Shown piece after piece: positions 1 through 11,740 of a stretch of DNA of 64,000 nt (positions are counted from its first letter, which is position 1; every line of letters begins with the position of its first letter). Both the position numbers and the translations under genes were made by a program. The notes under the pieces are model-generated. The model was not told where the DNA came from and did not search any database. It saw only the letters and a program-made list of their open reading frames with translations. The DNA comes from Octopus vulgaris (Eukaryota): assembly GCA_951406725.2 (NCBI GenBank), contig OX597814.1, positions 203,360,001 to 203,424,000 of the forward strand, given 5' to 3'.

Positions 1-273
1 AAAGTTTACCCAGTTGTGTAAATCTAATGACATTCCTTTCTATATTCTGGTATCTCTGCCTGATATAAATGTCGGTTGGTTTTTCTAGTCACTCTTTATA
101 TCATATATGTAGAGAGAGAGAGAGAGTGAAAGAGAGTAAAAGAAAGATATAGAGAGATTTCACTTAAGAGGAACACAATGAGTGCACATTCTAGGCTTGC
201 TGGCTGGTAATGTGTAAATGAACACCACACACAGGGTAAAGAGAAAGTATCATAGAGACTATGAAGAAGGAGA

Positions 274-304
<31 letters not shown>

Positions 305-337
305 GGGGGATGAGTGTGTGTGTGTGTGTGTGCCTCT

Positions 338-541
338 GTTACTCTTTTACTTGTTTCAGTCATTTGACTGTGGCCATGCTGGAGCACTGCCTCTAGTTGA
401 CCAAATTGACCCCAGGACTTATTCTTTGTAAGCCTAGTACTTATTCTATCGGTCTATTTTGCCGAACTGCTAAGTTACGGGGACATAAACACACCAGCAT
501 CGGTTGTCAAGCAATGTTGGGGTGACAAACACAGACACACA

Positions 542-578
<37 letters not shown>

Positions 579-1013
579 AGGGATATTAGCCAATTGAATA
601 TGGCTAGGGACAGGGCAGGGTGGTGGGGGTGTCACTGTTGCATTTAGCCCCAGGCGAACATCATGATCTCCCTTTGCAAGATAGAGGACGCCGTGATGGC
701 GTCAGGCCTATCTGGTGACGTTGATGTTTGCCTGGGGCTAAATGCAACAGTGACACCCCCACCACCCTGCCCTGTCCCTAGCCATATTCAATTGGCTAAT
801 ATCCCTTATATTATGGAGCAGTCACTGTCTATATCTCATTTAGAGAATTATTATTGCTATATATATATATATATATACATATATATGACGGGCTTCTTTC
901 AGTTTCCATCTACCAAATCCACTCACAAGGCTTTGGTCGACTTGAGGCTATAGCAGAAGACACTTGCCTAAGGTGCCACGCAGTGGGACCGAACCCGGAG
1001 CCATGTGGTTGGC
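338..1013 (-). mobile_element. tRNA-derived SINE (octopus-type), interrupted in its TA microsatellite by a foldback element
   Basis: Near-identical to copies at 2993, 5055, 10222 and 13034. The minus strand carries the B-box region and ends in an (AAAAGAGT)-like tail. Insert at 571-857. Confidence 0.85.
571..857. mobile_element. Foldback element: 93-bp inverted arms (571-663 / 722-814), 58-nt spacer, ~43-nt unpaired tail
   Basis: The arms are reverse complements with one mismatch. (TA)n of the host SINE flanks both sides. Confidence 0.85.
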
Positions 1014-1904
1014 CATATTGACAGGAGCTGGAGAGCTGCACCCGGTTCCAATTGTCTGGATGCCCTTCCTAATGCCAACCACTTTACAGAGTTGACTGGG
1101 TGCTTTATGAGTGGAATCTGGTTGTTGTGAACTGTGTGGAAGCCTTTGTTATGTGTCATTACCATCATCGTTTTGAGTGCTTAAGTTAACTAGAAGCTAT
1201 GGTAAAGACACTTAAGATGTCACACGGTGGGATTGAACCCAGAATCTCATGAATGTGAAGTAAACTTCTTCACCACTTGGCCACACATTGTATTAAGGAC
1301 AAACAAATTTAATTTCCTGGAGCTGATATTCTAAATAAAATATTTGCTAAGTTTTGTTTTTTTCCTTTCCCCATTATATACATCCAAATTCCATCTGATA
1401 AATTCCATAGTTTAATTAGAGTGAAGTAAAGATAGTTAACTGTTAATTGCAGTAATTTGATATTAAAATAATTAGCAATCTTCTTTTACATTTATTAATT
1501 ACTGTGCTAGACATAATGCTTAGTGGCATTTTCCGGATCTTTATGTTCCAAGTTCAAATCCTTCCAAAGTCAAATTTGCCTTTCATCTTTTTAGGGTCAA
1601 TAAAATAAAGTACCCGTCAAATACTGGGGGTTGATGTAATTGATTAATCCCCTAATACTAAAATTAGTGACCTTGTGCCCAAATTAGAAAGAACTATTCT
1701 TAAGGAATTAGAGACAGTGGAATATAAGGGAGTTTAGATTTAGGAGATTAAAGGTCAAAGTGAAGGTTCACTAAAATCTACAGGGCAGTGAATTACTAAG
1801 TGAACTGTGATATGATTTGTGAAATCATCTGAAAATAGTCCTTTTATCAAATAATGGTTTAAAAGTAAAAGCATTAGTTGTGCATATTCCCAAAACATTG
1901 TAAA

Positions 1905-2243
1905 CTAGCATTTGCTTGTCATAGTGCTAGTGCATGCATATACACTCGAGTACTGTCTAAATCTCCTACCAATCGCATACAGCTAGCTGGCATTCAATTG
2001 GCGTATCAAGTTCTGGGCATTTTGATTGGGTTTTGTATTGAAAATTCACAAAATAGTCACTTCTATTGATTTTTTAATGGCTTTGTGGGGTGACTGGGGA
2101 AATGTAAAGATGTACACGACCACCCTTGGACGGTTTTGACTGACCATAGAAAGTGCAAGCCCTCTAACTGAAAAATTGTGGATTTGTATAAAGGACACAC
2201 ACACACACAAACAGACATTTTGCCGTTTATATATATATATAGA
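1905..2243 (-). mobile_element. Non-autonomous Helitron-like element (family C), 3' hairpin deleted
   Basis: Reverse-complement homolog of 10040-10771 without the SINE insert. It starts TCTATATA... and ends CTAG on the minus strand. Confidence 0.7.
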
Positions 2244-2249
2244 TTACGA

Positions 2250-2560
2250 CTGAGAATGTTTTCATGATGAGGTCTTTGCTAGGTTTACTTTTGGATATCT
2301 CGATTCTCACTCTGCTTGCATGTTGAAATTTCTTGAACAAACTCAGCATACAGGAGCTCCCTTTGTCATGGCCTGAAGAATTATGATAACAGGAGGAAGC
2401 TGAGAAAAGAGCCATGAGGCACACCGGCCTGTGTGATAAATTCCCAGCTAAACTGATTTACTCTTGCATTGCTGATGGCATCTCAGATCTCACAAGCCAT
2501 CCATGTAGACATAGGGCCTCTCTAGGTCAATGAATGTTAGGTATAGTAGCTTATTCTTAG
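2250..2560 (-). mobile_element. Decayed LINE 3' fragment (CR1/L2-like)
   Basis: Minus-strand translation LSHRPVCLMALFSASSCYHN resembles the LxHRRxVxxLxLFYxYY C-terminal segment of such RTs. Heavily degraded. Confidence 0.35.
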
Positions 2561-2992
2561 CTAGGAACTTCTATGGTTATCTCTCTAGGAATAAGGCATT
2601 GGTGGCACTCTGTCCAGGTACAAATCCAAACTGGATCTATTTCATTTCCTAATCAGTTCTGCTTTAACTCTTTCTGTTACATTCACAACTGGGTCCCTCT
2701 CTTTGATGTCTTTGTAGTTGCTTCTCTCTAGAGCATCTCTTTTTCCCTGTAGCAGTTGATGACGATACTGCTATATTAGTTACAGTGTGGGTTACATGTC
2801 CCTGTACTAATTGATTAATTATGCAAGTAATTAACTTATTTACTACTTCACTATTTTAAGCTCTTAGTCCAGTTACTATCACTGCCTCTATATCTTGCAT
2901 CGAACTTTCAGACATATAATTGATTCCTTTGTTGGATCTAATTAGAGGGGACCATTTCTTTCCCACACATTCTCTCATTCAGCAGTTTCACC

Positions 2993-3373
2993 TCTTTTAC
3001 TCTTTTACTTGTTTCAGTCATGTGACTGTGGCCATGCTGGAGCACCACCTTTTAGTCGAGCAAATCGACCCCAAGACTTATTCTTTGTTAACCTAATACT
3101 TATTCTGTCAGTCACTTTTGCCGAACCGCTAAGTTACGGCAACATAAACACACCAGCATCGGTTGTCAAGTGATGTTGGGGGGGACAAACACAGACACAC
3201 AAACACACATATATATGGCGGGCTTCTTTCAGTTTCTGTCTACCAAATCTACTCACAAGGTTTTGGTTGGCCTGAGGCTATAGTAGAAGACACTTGCCCC
3301 AGGTGCCATGCAGTGGGACTGAACCTGGAACCATGTGGTTCGTAAGCAAGCTACTTACTACACAGTCACTCCT
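2993..3373 (-). mobile_element. tRNA-derived SINE, near full length
   Basis: Minus-strand head AGGAGTGACTGTG...GGTTCAGTCCCACTGC (A/B boxes), central CA/TA microsatellite and AAAAGAGT tail. Matches the other copies. Confidence 0.88.
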
Positions 3374-4362
3374 TGTAACATTTCTATGCCTCTTTTGTTA
3401 GTTCATTTATGCCAGAACTCCAACAGCCTTGAACCCACCTCATTTCTTGTACTGTTTCATACCAAATGCCAAGTCACTGCAAGCAGGTCTCACAAACTTT
3501 TAACTTCTCTGTTTCACCTGACTATAGCATATGTACAGCAATAACTGTTATGGTCATATTATGAGTGACTAATCTCAGCTTAATTATTCTGTCTCATACT
3601 CTGGCTATCTCAGTTACTTTATCTATTTCTCCACCCCTCTCACCTTAGAAATTTCTCACCTAGAGAAATTTGTACTTAAAAATTTGTAATGCATATAACA
3701 ATGAATTCAAATGAGGTTGCATCTAGCAATGAATGAAGGTAATGTTACACCAAGGCTCAATTCTCAGCCCCCTTCTGTCCAATATAATTCTCCAAATCAT
3801 AACAAAATGTTTAAGACCAGCTTTCCATGTTAATGACCTAGTTTTTTTATATAACTGAATTGGTGGTGGTAGTAAGAGTAGTAGTTGCTGTAGTAGCATT
3901 AGTAGAAGAAGAAAAAATTCCAGACGTAGAAACCTAGAACTGAGAAGCCTCGAAATAAATCTAGCAAAGTTTAAATAATTAGCAAGAGAGAGGACAGGAT
4001 TCTGGTTACCATTAGGGAAATGGCCATTCTTGGCATGTACAGAATGAGTAGCTAGTAATTCCATACCTTTTACACAATGTAAACTATGGACACACAAGAG
4101 GTGTGTTCAATATACATTTCTGCTTCTGATTTTGAAAGGAAGAGAGTTGATAGAGCAATCATTTGTTTTTTCATTGTTAAAAATGTTGTCCTAGCTCTTG
4201 GTGAAATTTCTTTTAAGCAATCTTTTTTTTTTTTTTTCATATTACTGCCCTTGTTGAGAGGGGAAGGTCCTTTTTTTTTATCACAGTAAAAATATTTATA
4301 AAACTCCACATTGGCAGCTATTCTTGTAGGTCAAGCCACCAAATAGAAACTCCTTCATTAGC

Positions 4363-4590
4363 TTAACCCTTTCGTGTTCAGATTATTTTGTCAAATGTAA
4401 TGTTTTTTCATTGACATTGTTTATAATTAATCATACTTTATTTTGTAGCTATAAAGTTTTCATGATGAGATTGTATATTTCTAGAATGTTATTGAAGGGT
4501 AGGCGTGATAGGTTGGATCTGACTAGTTAGAGCATAAAAGAGGAAGCATATTTGGGCCGGATATGGCCTGTTTAAATACTAAAGGGTTAA
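4363..4590. mobile_element. piggyBac-type MITE (family 1)
   Basis: TTAA-CCCTTT...AAAGGG-TTAA ends. Homologous copy at 47054-47281. Confidence 0.75.
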
Positions 4591-5054
4591 TGAGGAACAA
4601 TTTTTGTAATTTAACACATGATAATGAATTATTGAGCTAGCAACAACTAATATAACTGGGCCTGACAGGAAGAGCAATTAGTTCATCCTTTTGATACACA
4701 TCTGAGATTCCCTTGTCCTAGTTCTCTGATACAAATCCCCTGTTTTAAAGTGATCTAAATTTAAACTTTCTATCAAAATTTCATGCTTAAGAATGACAAA
4801 GTTATTTCACTAAATTCTTCAAGCTCACTTTTCAGTCATGTGGTCTCATGTTCAGTCCCACTGTGTAGCACTTTGGACATATGTTTTCTATTACAGCCCT
4901 GGGTCAACCGTCAACCAATGCCTTGTGAGTGAATTTGGTAAGCGGAAATTGTGTAAAAGCCATTGTATATATGTGTGTGTGTTGTGTGTTTGTGTGTCTC
5001 TGTTTCCTTATCCCCTCCCCACTTAATTGTTGTTGGTTTGTTTTTATCCCTTGT

Positions 5055-5207
5055 AGGCACAGGAGTGGCTGTGTTGTAAGAAACTTGCTTTCCAACCACA
5101 TGGTTCCTGGTTCAGTCCCACTGCATAGCACCTTGAGGAAGTGTCTTCTACTGTAGTCTTGGGCTGACCAAAGCCTTGTGAATGGATTTGGTAGACAGAA
5201 ACCCGTC

Positions 5208-5267
<60 letters not shown>

Positions 5268-5478
5268 TTGTGTGTCTGTGTTTGTCCCCACCCACCATTG
5301 CTTGACAATCAATGTTGGTGTGCTTACATCCCCATAACCTAGCAGTTCAGCAAAAGAAACCAATAGAATAAATACTAGGCTCACAAAAAATAAGTCCTGG
5401 GATCGATTTGTTCAACTAAAGGCAGTGCTCCAGCATGGCTGCAGTCAAATGACTGAAACAAGTAAAAGCATAAAAGAA
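5055..5478 (+). mobile_element. Full-length tRNA-derived SINE nested in an older related SINE (~4833-5620)
   Basis: Head AGGCACAGGAGTGGCTGTG...GGTTCAGTCCC and tail AGTAAAAGCATAAAAG. The older copy breaks at tttatcccttgta and resumes at tgtaacttagcag. Confidence 0.85.
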
Positions 5479-6478
5479 TGTAACTTAGCAGTTCAATAAA
5501 AGAGACTGATAATATAAATACCAGACTTTAAAAATAATAAGTATCGCGGGATCAATTGGTTTGACCAAGCATTTCAAGATAGTGCCCCGGTGAAATGAAT
5601 GAAACAAGTTAAAGATAAGAAGTATTTAAATTAATAAAAAGAAAAAGCAGTATATTTCAAGATATATCATAACAAAAGAATTAGAGGTATAAAACAGGAC
5701 ATGCACTGACTTGTGAGGAAATAGTTTTATTTAAGTGAATACTAGTTCAATGTTTTATCAAAATCAATACAAAAAGATTAAAGAGAATAATGGCTTCTGT
5801 TTGACATTTCTTGTCACCAGGAACTGCAGTGAACCAAAGGGAGTTAATTTTCACATTTTTACGACAGTAAATTATTTGACTAAATTGTCACAACATACTT
5901 GCACTATTGATACCATCATAATTGTTTTAACATTCACTCTTCGATGCTTGCATGGGTTAAACAGAATTTATTAAGGTAAATTTTCTACAGCTGAATTCCC
6001 TGCCTGTTGCCACCCATCACCTGTTTCCAAGCAAGATAATATTTCCTCATACCCAGGCGTGTTTTTGCAGAATATCTCTTATTATAAAAGGCAGATTTTA
6101 TCTGCCTCCCTTTGGGAGTTATACAAATCTACAATATAGGATTTCTTCAATTACAATTTACCTGGCATTTTTAAGAGTACAATGCATCGCGTCATGCCAG
6201 GTCCAGTTTTTAAAATTTAAACTCCAATTAAGCAAAATTTACAGAAAACTCACATTCTGGTGTGTGTGTCAAATGCTTTTCTTAGTCTGGTTTACACCAC
6301 ACGCAAACGCACACACACAGTGGGCAACGAATAAAATGGAAGTAATTCACTTACTGTGGTGAGTGATTCTTTCACTCTGCCTCCCACTTCCTCTTTCCAC
6401 ACATACACACGCAAATATATAAATAAAATTGTAAGCTAACGTGCATGTGTGTGTGCGCGTGTGTGTGTGTGTGTGACG

Positions 6479-6518
<40 letters not shown>

Positions 6519-7075
6519 GTGCGTGAGTGTGTGACAGGAAAGTTTTATTAGACGAATATAACACCTATATCCAAGTAGCAGAAAGATAAGACAGTAAGGT
6601 GTGATTTGAGGGAGATTTGGCTGCTATTTCTACCATGTCTAGCTGCCATGTAGGGGTCTCCCTCATAGGCTCATACATACATATATACATAGATAAGACA
6701 GTAAGGTGTGATTTGGGGGAAATTTTGCTGCTATTTCTACCAGGTCTAGCTACCATGTAGAGGTCCCCCTCAATTCTTTTATTCTTCTGCTTTTTCCAGC
6801 CATTGCTCTGTGGCCATGCTGGGGCAATGCCTTGAAGAATTGTAGTTTAATGAATCAACTCCAGTTTTATTTTTGTAAGCATTGTACTTATTCTATCTGT
6901 TTCCTTTGTCAAACCACTAGGTGACAGGGATGTAAACAAACCAACATTCGTTGTCAAGCAGTGGTGGAGGACAATCACAAGCACAGACACGCACACACAC
7001 ACACATACATGCATACACATATACACACACACATACATACATACATACATATATATATATGTGTGTATATATATA

Positions 7076-7398
7076 TTGCAGCATGGAAGGTGTTTGTAAG
7101 CCATTTAAGAAACACACAAAAACCGTTACATTCACTTCAACATTTAAATTTAATTTGCCAAAATATTTTCGTCGCTTTGAGACCGCAACCTGTTCACTGA
7201 CAAAAATATCGTGCTAACAGGTCGCGGTCTCAAAGCGACGAAAATATTTTGACAAATTTAATTTAAATGTTGAAGTGAATCTAACGGTTTTTGTGTGTTT
7301 CTTAAATGGCTTATAAAAACCTTCAACGCTGCAACTGTTTTCGTTCCAGCACACGATCTCAGATCAAGTCACTTGCTATGCAAGTACATCTCTGTAAC
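7076..7398. mobile_element. Foldback element: 119-bp arms (7076-7194 / 7216-7334), 21-nt loop, 64-nt tail
   Basis: The arms are directly visible reverse complements with a few mismatches, flanked by (TA)n. Duplicated at 8736-9058. Confidence 0.85.
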
Positions 7399-7914
7399 TA
7401 TATATATATCTCTTATTATAAAAGGCAGATTTTATCTGCCTCCCTTTGGGAGTTATACAAATCTACAATATAGGATTTCTTCAATTACAATTTACCTAGC
7501 AATTTTAAGAGTACAATGCATCGCGTCATGCCAGGTCCAGTTTTTAAAATTTAAACTCCAATTAAGCAAAATTTACAGAAAACTCACATTCTGGTGTGTG
7601 TGTCAAATGCTTTTCTTAGTCTGGTTTACACCACACGCAAACGCACACACACAGTGGGCAGCGAATAAAATGAAAGTAATTTACTTACTGTAGTGAGTGA
7701 TTCTTTCACTCTGCCTCCCACTTCCTCTTTCAACACAGACACGCAAATATATAAATAAAATTGTAAGCTAACGTGCGTGTGTGTGAGTGTGTGTGTGCGC
7801 GTGTGTGTGTGTGTGTGTGTGTGTGAGGGTGCGCGCGCGTGTGTGTGTGTGTGTGTGTGCGTGGGCGTGAGTGTGTGACAGGAAAGTTTTTTACGACGAA
7901 TATAAGTAGCAGAA

Positions 7915-8395
7915 AGATAAGACAGTAAGGTGTGATTTGAGGGAGATTTGGCTGCTATTTCTACCATGTCTAGCTGCCATGTAGGGGACTCCCTCATAGG
8001 CTCATACATACATATATACATAGATAAGACAGTAAGGTGTGATTTGGGGGAAATTTGGCTGCTATTTCTACCAGGTCTAGCTGCCATGTAGGGGTCTCCC
8101 TCATAGGCTCATACATACATATATACATAGATAAGACAGTAAGGTGTGATTTGGGGGAAATTTGGCTGCTATTTCTACCAGGTCTAGCTGCCATGTAGGG
8201 GTCTCCCTCATAGGCTCATACATACATATATACATAGATAAGACAGTAAGGTGTGATTTGGGGGAAATTTGGCTGCTATTTCTACCAGGTCTAGCTACCA
8301 TGTAGAGGTGCCCCTCATTGGCTCATATATATATACATACATAAAACAGTAAGGTGTGATTTGAGGGAGATTTGGCTGCTGTTTCTACCAGGTCT
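7915..8395. repeat. 107-bp minisatellite, ~4.5 copies (~1.8 copies at 6584-6770)
   Basis: Unit agataagacagtaaggtgtgatttgggggaaatttggctgctatttctacc... starts at 7915, 8022, 8129 and 8236. It explains the repeated MAARPGRNSS ORFs. Confidence 0.92.
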
Positions 8396-8735
8396 GTTAG
8401 GCCTTCTCATGTAAACTCAAGCTTTCTTATGCCTTGAACATAAGACCAAAGCAGAGAATGTATTCTTTTATTCTTCTGCTTTTTCCAGCCATTGGTCTGT
8501 GGCCATGCTGGGGCAATGCCTTGAAGAATTGTAGTTTAATGAATCAACTCCAGTTTTATTTTTGTAAGCATTGTACTTATTCTATCTGTTTCCACTAGGT
8601 GACAGGGATGTAAACAAACCAACATTCGTTGTCAAGCAGTGGTGGAGGACAATCACAGGCACAGACACGCACACACACACACATGCATACATGCATACAT
8701 ACATATATATATATATATATGTGTGTATATATATA

Positions 8736-9058
8736 TTGCAGCGTGGAAGGTGTTTGTAAGCCATTTAAGAAACACACAAAAACCGTTACATTCACTTCAA
8801 CATTTAAATTTCATTTGCCAAAATATTTTCGTCGCTTTGAGACCGCGACCTGTTCACTGACAAAAATATCGTGCTAACAGGTCGCGGTCTCAAAGCGACG
8901 AAAATATTTTGACAAATTAAATTTAAATGTTGAAGTGAATCTAACGGTTTTTGTGTGTTTCTTAAATGGCTTATAAACACCTTCAACGCTGCAACTGTTT
9001 TCGTTCCAGCACACGATCTCAGATCAAGTCACTTGCTATGCAAGTACATCTCTGTAAC
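8736..9058. mobile_element. Second copy of the 119-bp-arm foldback element
   Basis: Offset 1660 from 7076-7398, same structure. Confidence 0.85.
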
Positions 9059-9070
9059 TATTTATACATT

Positions 9071-9101
<31 letters not shown>

Positions 9102-9164
9102 TGTTAAAAACAGTAAGATAACAAAAGAAAGAAAGAGACCTCAATATTATGTAAATAGAGGAAA

Positions 9165-9556
9165 TCTTTATATATAAAAGTGAGGTTGTGTGTCTGTCTC
9201 CTACGATTTAGATTCCTAACTACTCCCACATTTTGCGGTGCAGTTTAACCAAAAGCGGGTATCTTATAGTCGTGATTCATATCGAGACCGTCTGGGTATT
9301 AGCGCGCGTCTACGATGAGTCTACGATTTAAAAAAAATTACCATCAATTTTTCCCATTTTTAATCCATTTTTGACATATATAAGGAAGTAACTCTCTAAA
9401 ATTTATTATTAAATCTCAGAACGTAAAAAGCTACAGTAACACCCCTCCCCCTTTGTGGTTAGCCATATTGAGATGGCTATTATACTTTACATCTCTAAAA
9501 ATGCTTATATAATTATTTCCCTTACAAACCCGAGCAACGCCGGGCGATACTGCTAG
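9165..9556 (+). mobile_element. Non-autonomous Helitron family B, copy 1
   Basis: A|TCTTTATATATAAAAG ... CCCGAGCAACGCCGGG hairpin, short spacer, CTAG|T. Confidence 0.85.
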
Positions 9557-9644
9557 TTTATATATATATATATATGTATATTGGTAAAAACAGTAAGATA
9601 ACAAAAGAAAGAAAGAGACCTCAATATTATGTAAATAGAGGAAA

Positions 9645-10039
9645 TCTTTATATATAAAAGTGAGGTTGTGTGTCTGTCTCCTACGATTTAGATTCCTAAC
9701 TACTCCCACATTTTGCGGTGCAGTTTAACCAAAACCGGGTATCTTATAGTCGTGATTCATATCGAGACCGTCTGGGTATTAGCGCGCGTCTACGATGAGT
9801 CTACGATTTAAAAAAAAAATTACCATCAATTTTTCCCATTTTTAATCCATTTTTGACATATATAAGGGAAGTAACTCTCTAAAATTTATTATTAAATCTC
9901 AGAACGTAAAAAGCTACAGTAACACCCCTCCCCCTTTGTGGTTAGCCATATTGAGATGGCTATTATACTTTACATCTCTAAAAATGCTTATATAATTATT
10001 TCCCTTACAAACCCGAGCAACGCCGGGCGATACTGCTAG
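9645..10039 (+). mobile_element. Non-autonomous Helitron family B, copy 2 (480-bp tandem unit including upstream flank)
   Basis: Near-identical to 9165-9556, including ~85 bp of 5' flank. Confidence 0.85.
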
Positions 10040-10771
10040 TCTCTATATATATGAACGGCAAAATGTGTGTGTGCGTGTCCTTTATACAAATCCACAATTT
10101 TTCAGTTAGAGGGCTCGCACTTTCTATGGTTATTCAAAACTGTCCAAGGGTGGTCATGCACATCTTTAAATTTCCCCAGTCACCCTGCAAAGCCATTAAA
10201 AAATCAATAGAAGTGACTTTTTTACTCTTTTACTTGTTTTAGTCATTTTGACTGCGGCCATGCTGGTGCACCGCCTTTAGTCGAGCAAATCGACCCCGGG
10301 ACTTATTCTTTGTAAGCCCAGTGCTTATTCTATCGGTCTCTTTTGCCGAACCGCTAAGTGACGGGGACGTGAACACACCAGCATCGGTTGTCAAGCAATG
10401 CTAGGGGGACAAACACACGCACACACATACATATATACGACAGGCTTCTTTCAGTTTCCGTCTACCAAATCCACTCACAAGGCATTGGTCAGCCCGGGGC
10501 TATAGCAGAAGACACTTGCCCAAGATGCCACGCAGTGGGACTGAACCCAGAACCATGTGGTTGGTTAGCAAGCTACTTACCACACAGCCACTCCTGTGAA
10601 TTTTCTATCCAAAACTCAATCAAAATGCCTGAAACTTGATACGCCAATTGAAAGCTTGCTAGCTATATGTGATTGGTCGGAGATTTGGACAGTACTCGCA
10701 TGTATGTGTGCACGCAGCTGTATATGCATGCACTAGCACTATGACCTGGCAACTCCAGGTCACAGTGCTAG
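10040..10771 (+). mobile_element. Non-autonomous Helitron family C carrying a SINE insertion
   Basis: TCTCTATATATA head and GACCTGG-caact-CCAGGTC hairpin followed by CTAG|T. Comparison with 1905-2243 defines the insert. Confidence 0.8.
10222..10596 (-). mobile_element. tRNA-derived SINE, CpG-rich (young-looking) copy inside Helitron C
   Basis: Same family as 2993-3373 but retains more CpGs. Confidence 0.88.
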
Positions 10772-11534
10772 TTAAAAATAAATGATAGTCGTTTCCAATA
10801 ACTATGCTATGTCAAGATAAAGATACACAAAACAAACACACACTCACACACATATGATGGGCTTCTTTCAGGTTCCATTTACCATATCCGCTCATAAGGC
10901 TTCGGTCAGTCCCAGAGCTATAGAAGAAAACACTTGCCCAAGGTATCACACAATGGAAATGAACTTGAAACCATGTGGTTCGGAAGCAGCCTTCTGAGCT
11001 ACACTGCCATGCCTGTGCCTAAGATGTAATTAAGGCAGTCCTTTTGGACCCTGTAAATTTTTATTTCTATTCATAAACTTGTCTTCTAAGATCTTATGGT
11101 GTTGATGTCAACATCTTATATTATGTTGAATACTGGTAAGCTGACAAATGATATTTTGTCAGACAAATGAAAGTACCTCTGCGTGGCCACTTGATCTGCT
11201 AGAAATAGTAACCAGGTAAAGCTGTAAAGCTTCTGTAAACTGCAGCCTACCATTTAAAAAAAAAAAAGAAAAAAGGGACATGGAATAATGTTATTCAAGT
11301 ACACTATGCTTAAAAAAAAAAGCTAGATGGAATTGTCATGGTTGGAAAGTCTTTAACCATATTAGTCTGTTTAATCAGTGATAATTTTGGGCTAAACAAC
11401 ACCAGGAAGTTTTGCACTTGATCAATGAAAAATAATGGATCATGTTTCCTGTATTCATCAGAGGAATTCTAGTTATGAATTTGCTTAGGGAGTTTGTCAG
11501 TTGTTTCTTATTAGGTTTCTTTCTATTTAACCCC

Positions 11535-11740
11535 TTAACCCTTTAGTTACCTCATTTCTGTTGAAATACAACTTCTTTATTTGAGTTAATTTTTGAAAAT
11601 TACAAAGGATATAGTAAAATGTTTTGTTCTTATTCATCTGGTGTTTTGAATTAACATAAATTAACATGAAATTTTAAAATAGGAAGTTTGTACCATAGTG
11701 TCACAGGCAGTCTCAAGTAGGTTTGTATCAAAAGGGTTAA
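11535..11740. mobile_element. piggyBac-type MITE (family 2)
   Basis: TTAA-CCCTTT...AAAGGG-TTAA. Related copies at 47666-47896 and, partial and reversed, ~4685-4822. Confidence 0.7.

Larger units (their letters stand above)
6075..9060 (+). repeat. Tandem duplication: unit A 6075-7408 and unit A' 7409-~9060
   Basis: The units are near-identical. They differ by scattered substitutions, microsatellite lengths and copy number of an internal 107-bp repeat. Confidence 0.92.
6075..10771 (+). mobile_element. Composite Helitron array (A-A'-B-B'-C) with captured repeats
   Basis: 5' TC(TA-rich) heads at 6075, 7409, 9165, 9645 and 10040. Hairpin+CTAG ends at 9556, 10039 and 10771. The flanks rejoin as gcagaata|ttaaaaataaatga, matching the uninterrupted host repeat at ~16824 (cacagaatattggaaatgaatga). 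No TSD. Confidence 0.75.

Noticed and set aside
3723-4309. 124-aa and overlapping ORFs in non-repetitive sequence
   Set aside because: Low-complexity composition, no splice context and no recognisable domain.
5055-5130. tRNA-like sequences with A/B boxes (also at 30188 and in minus-strand copies)
   Set aside because: These are SINE heads continuing into SINE body and tail, with no complete cloverleaf.
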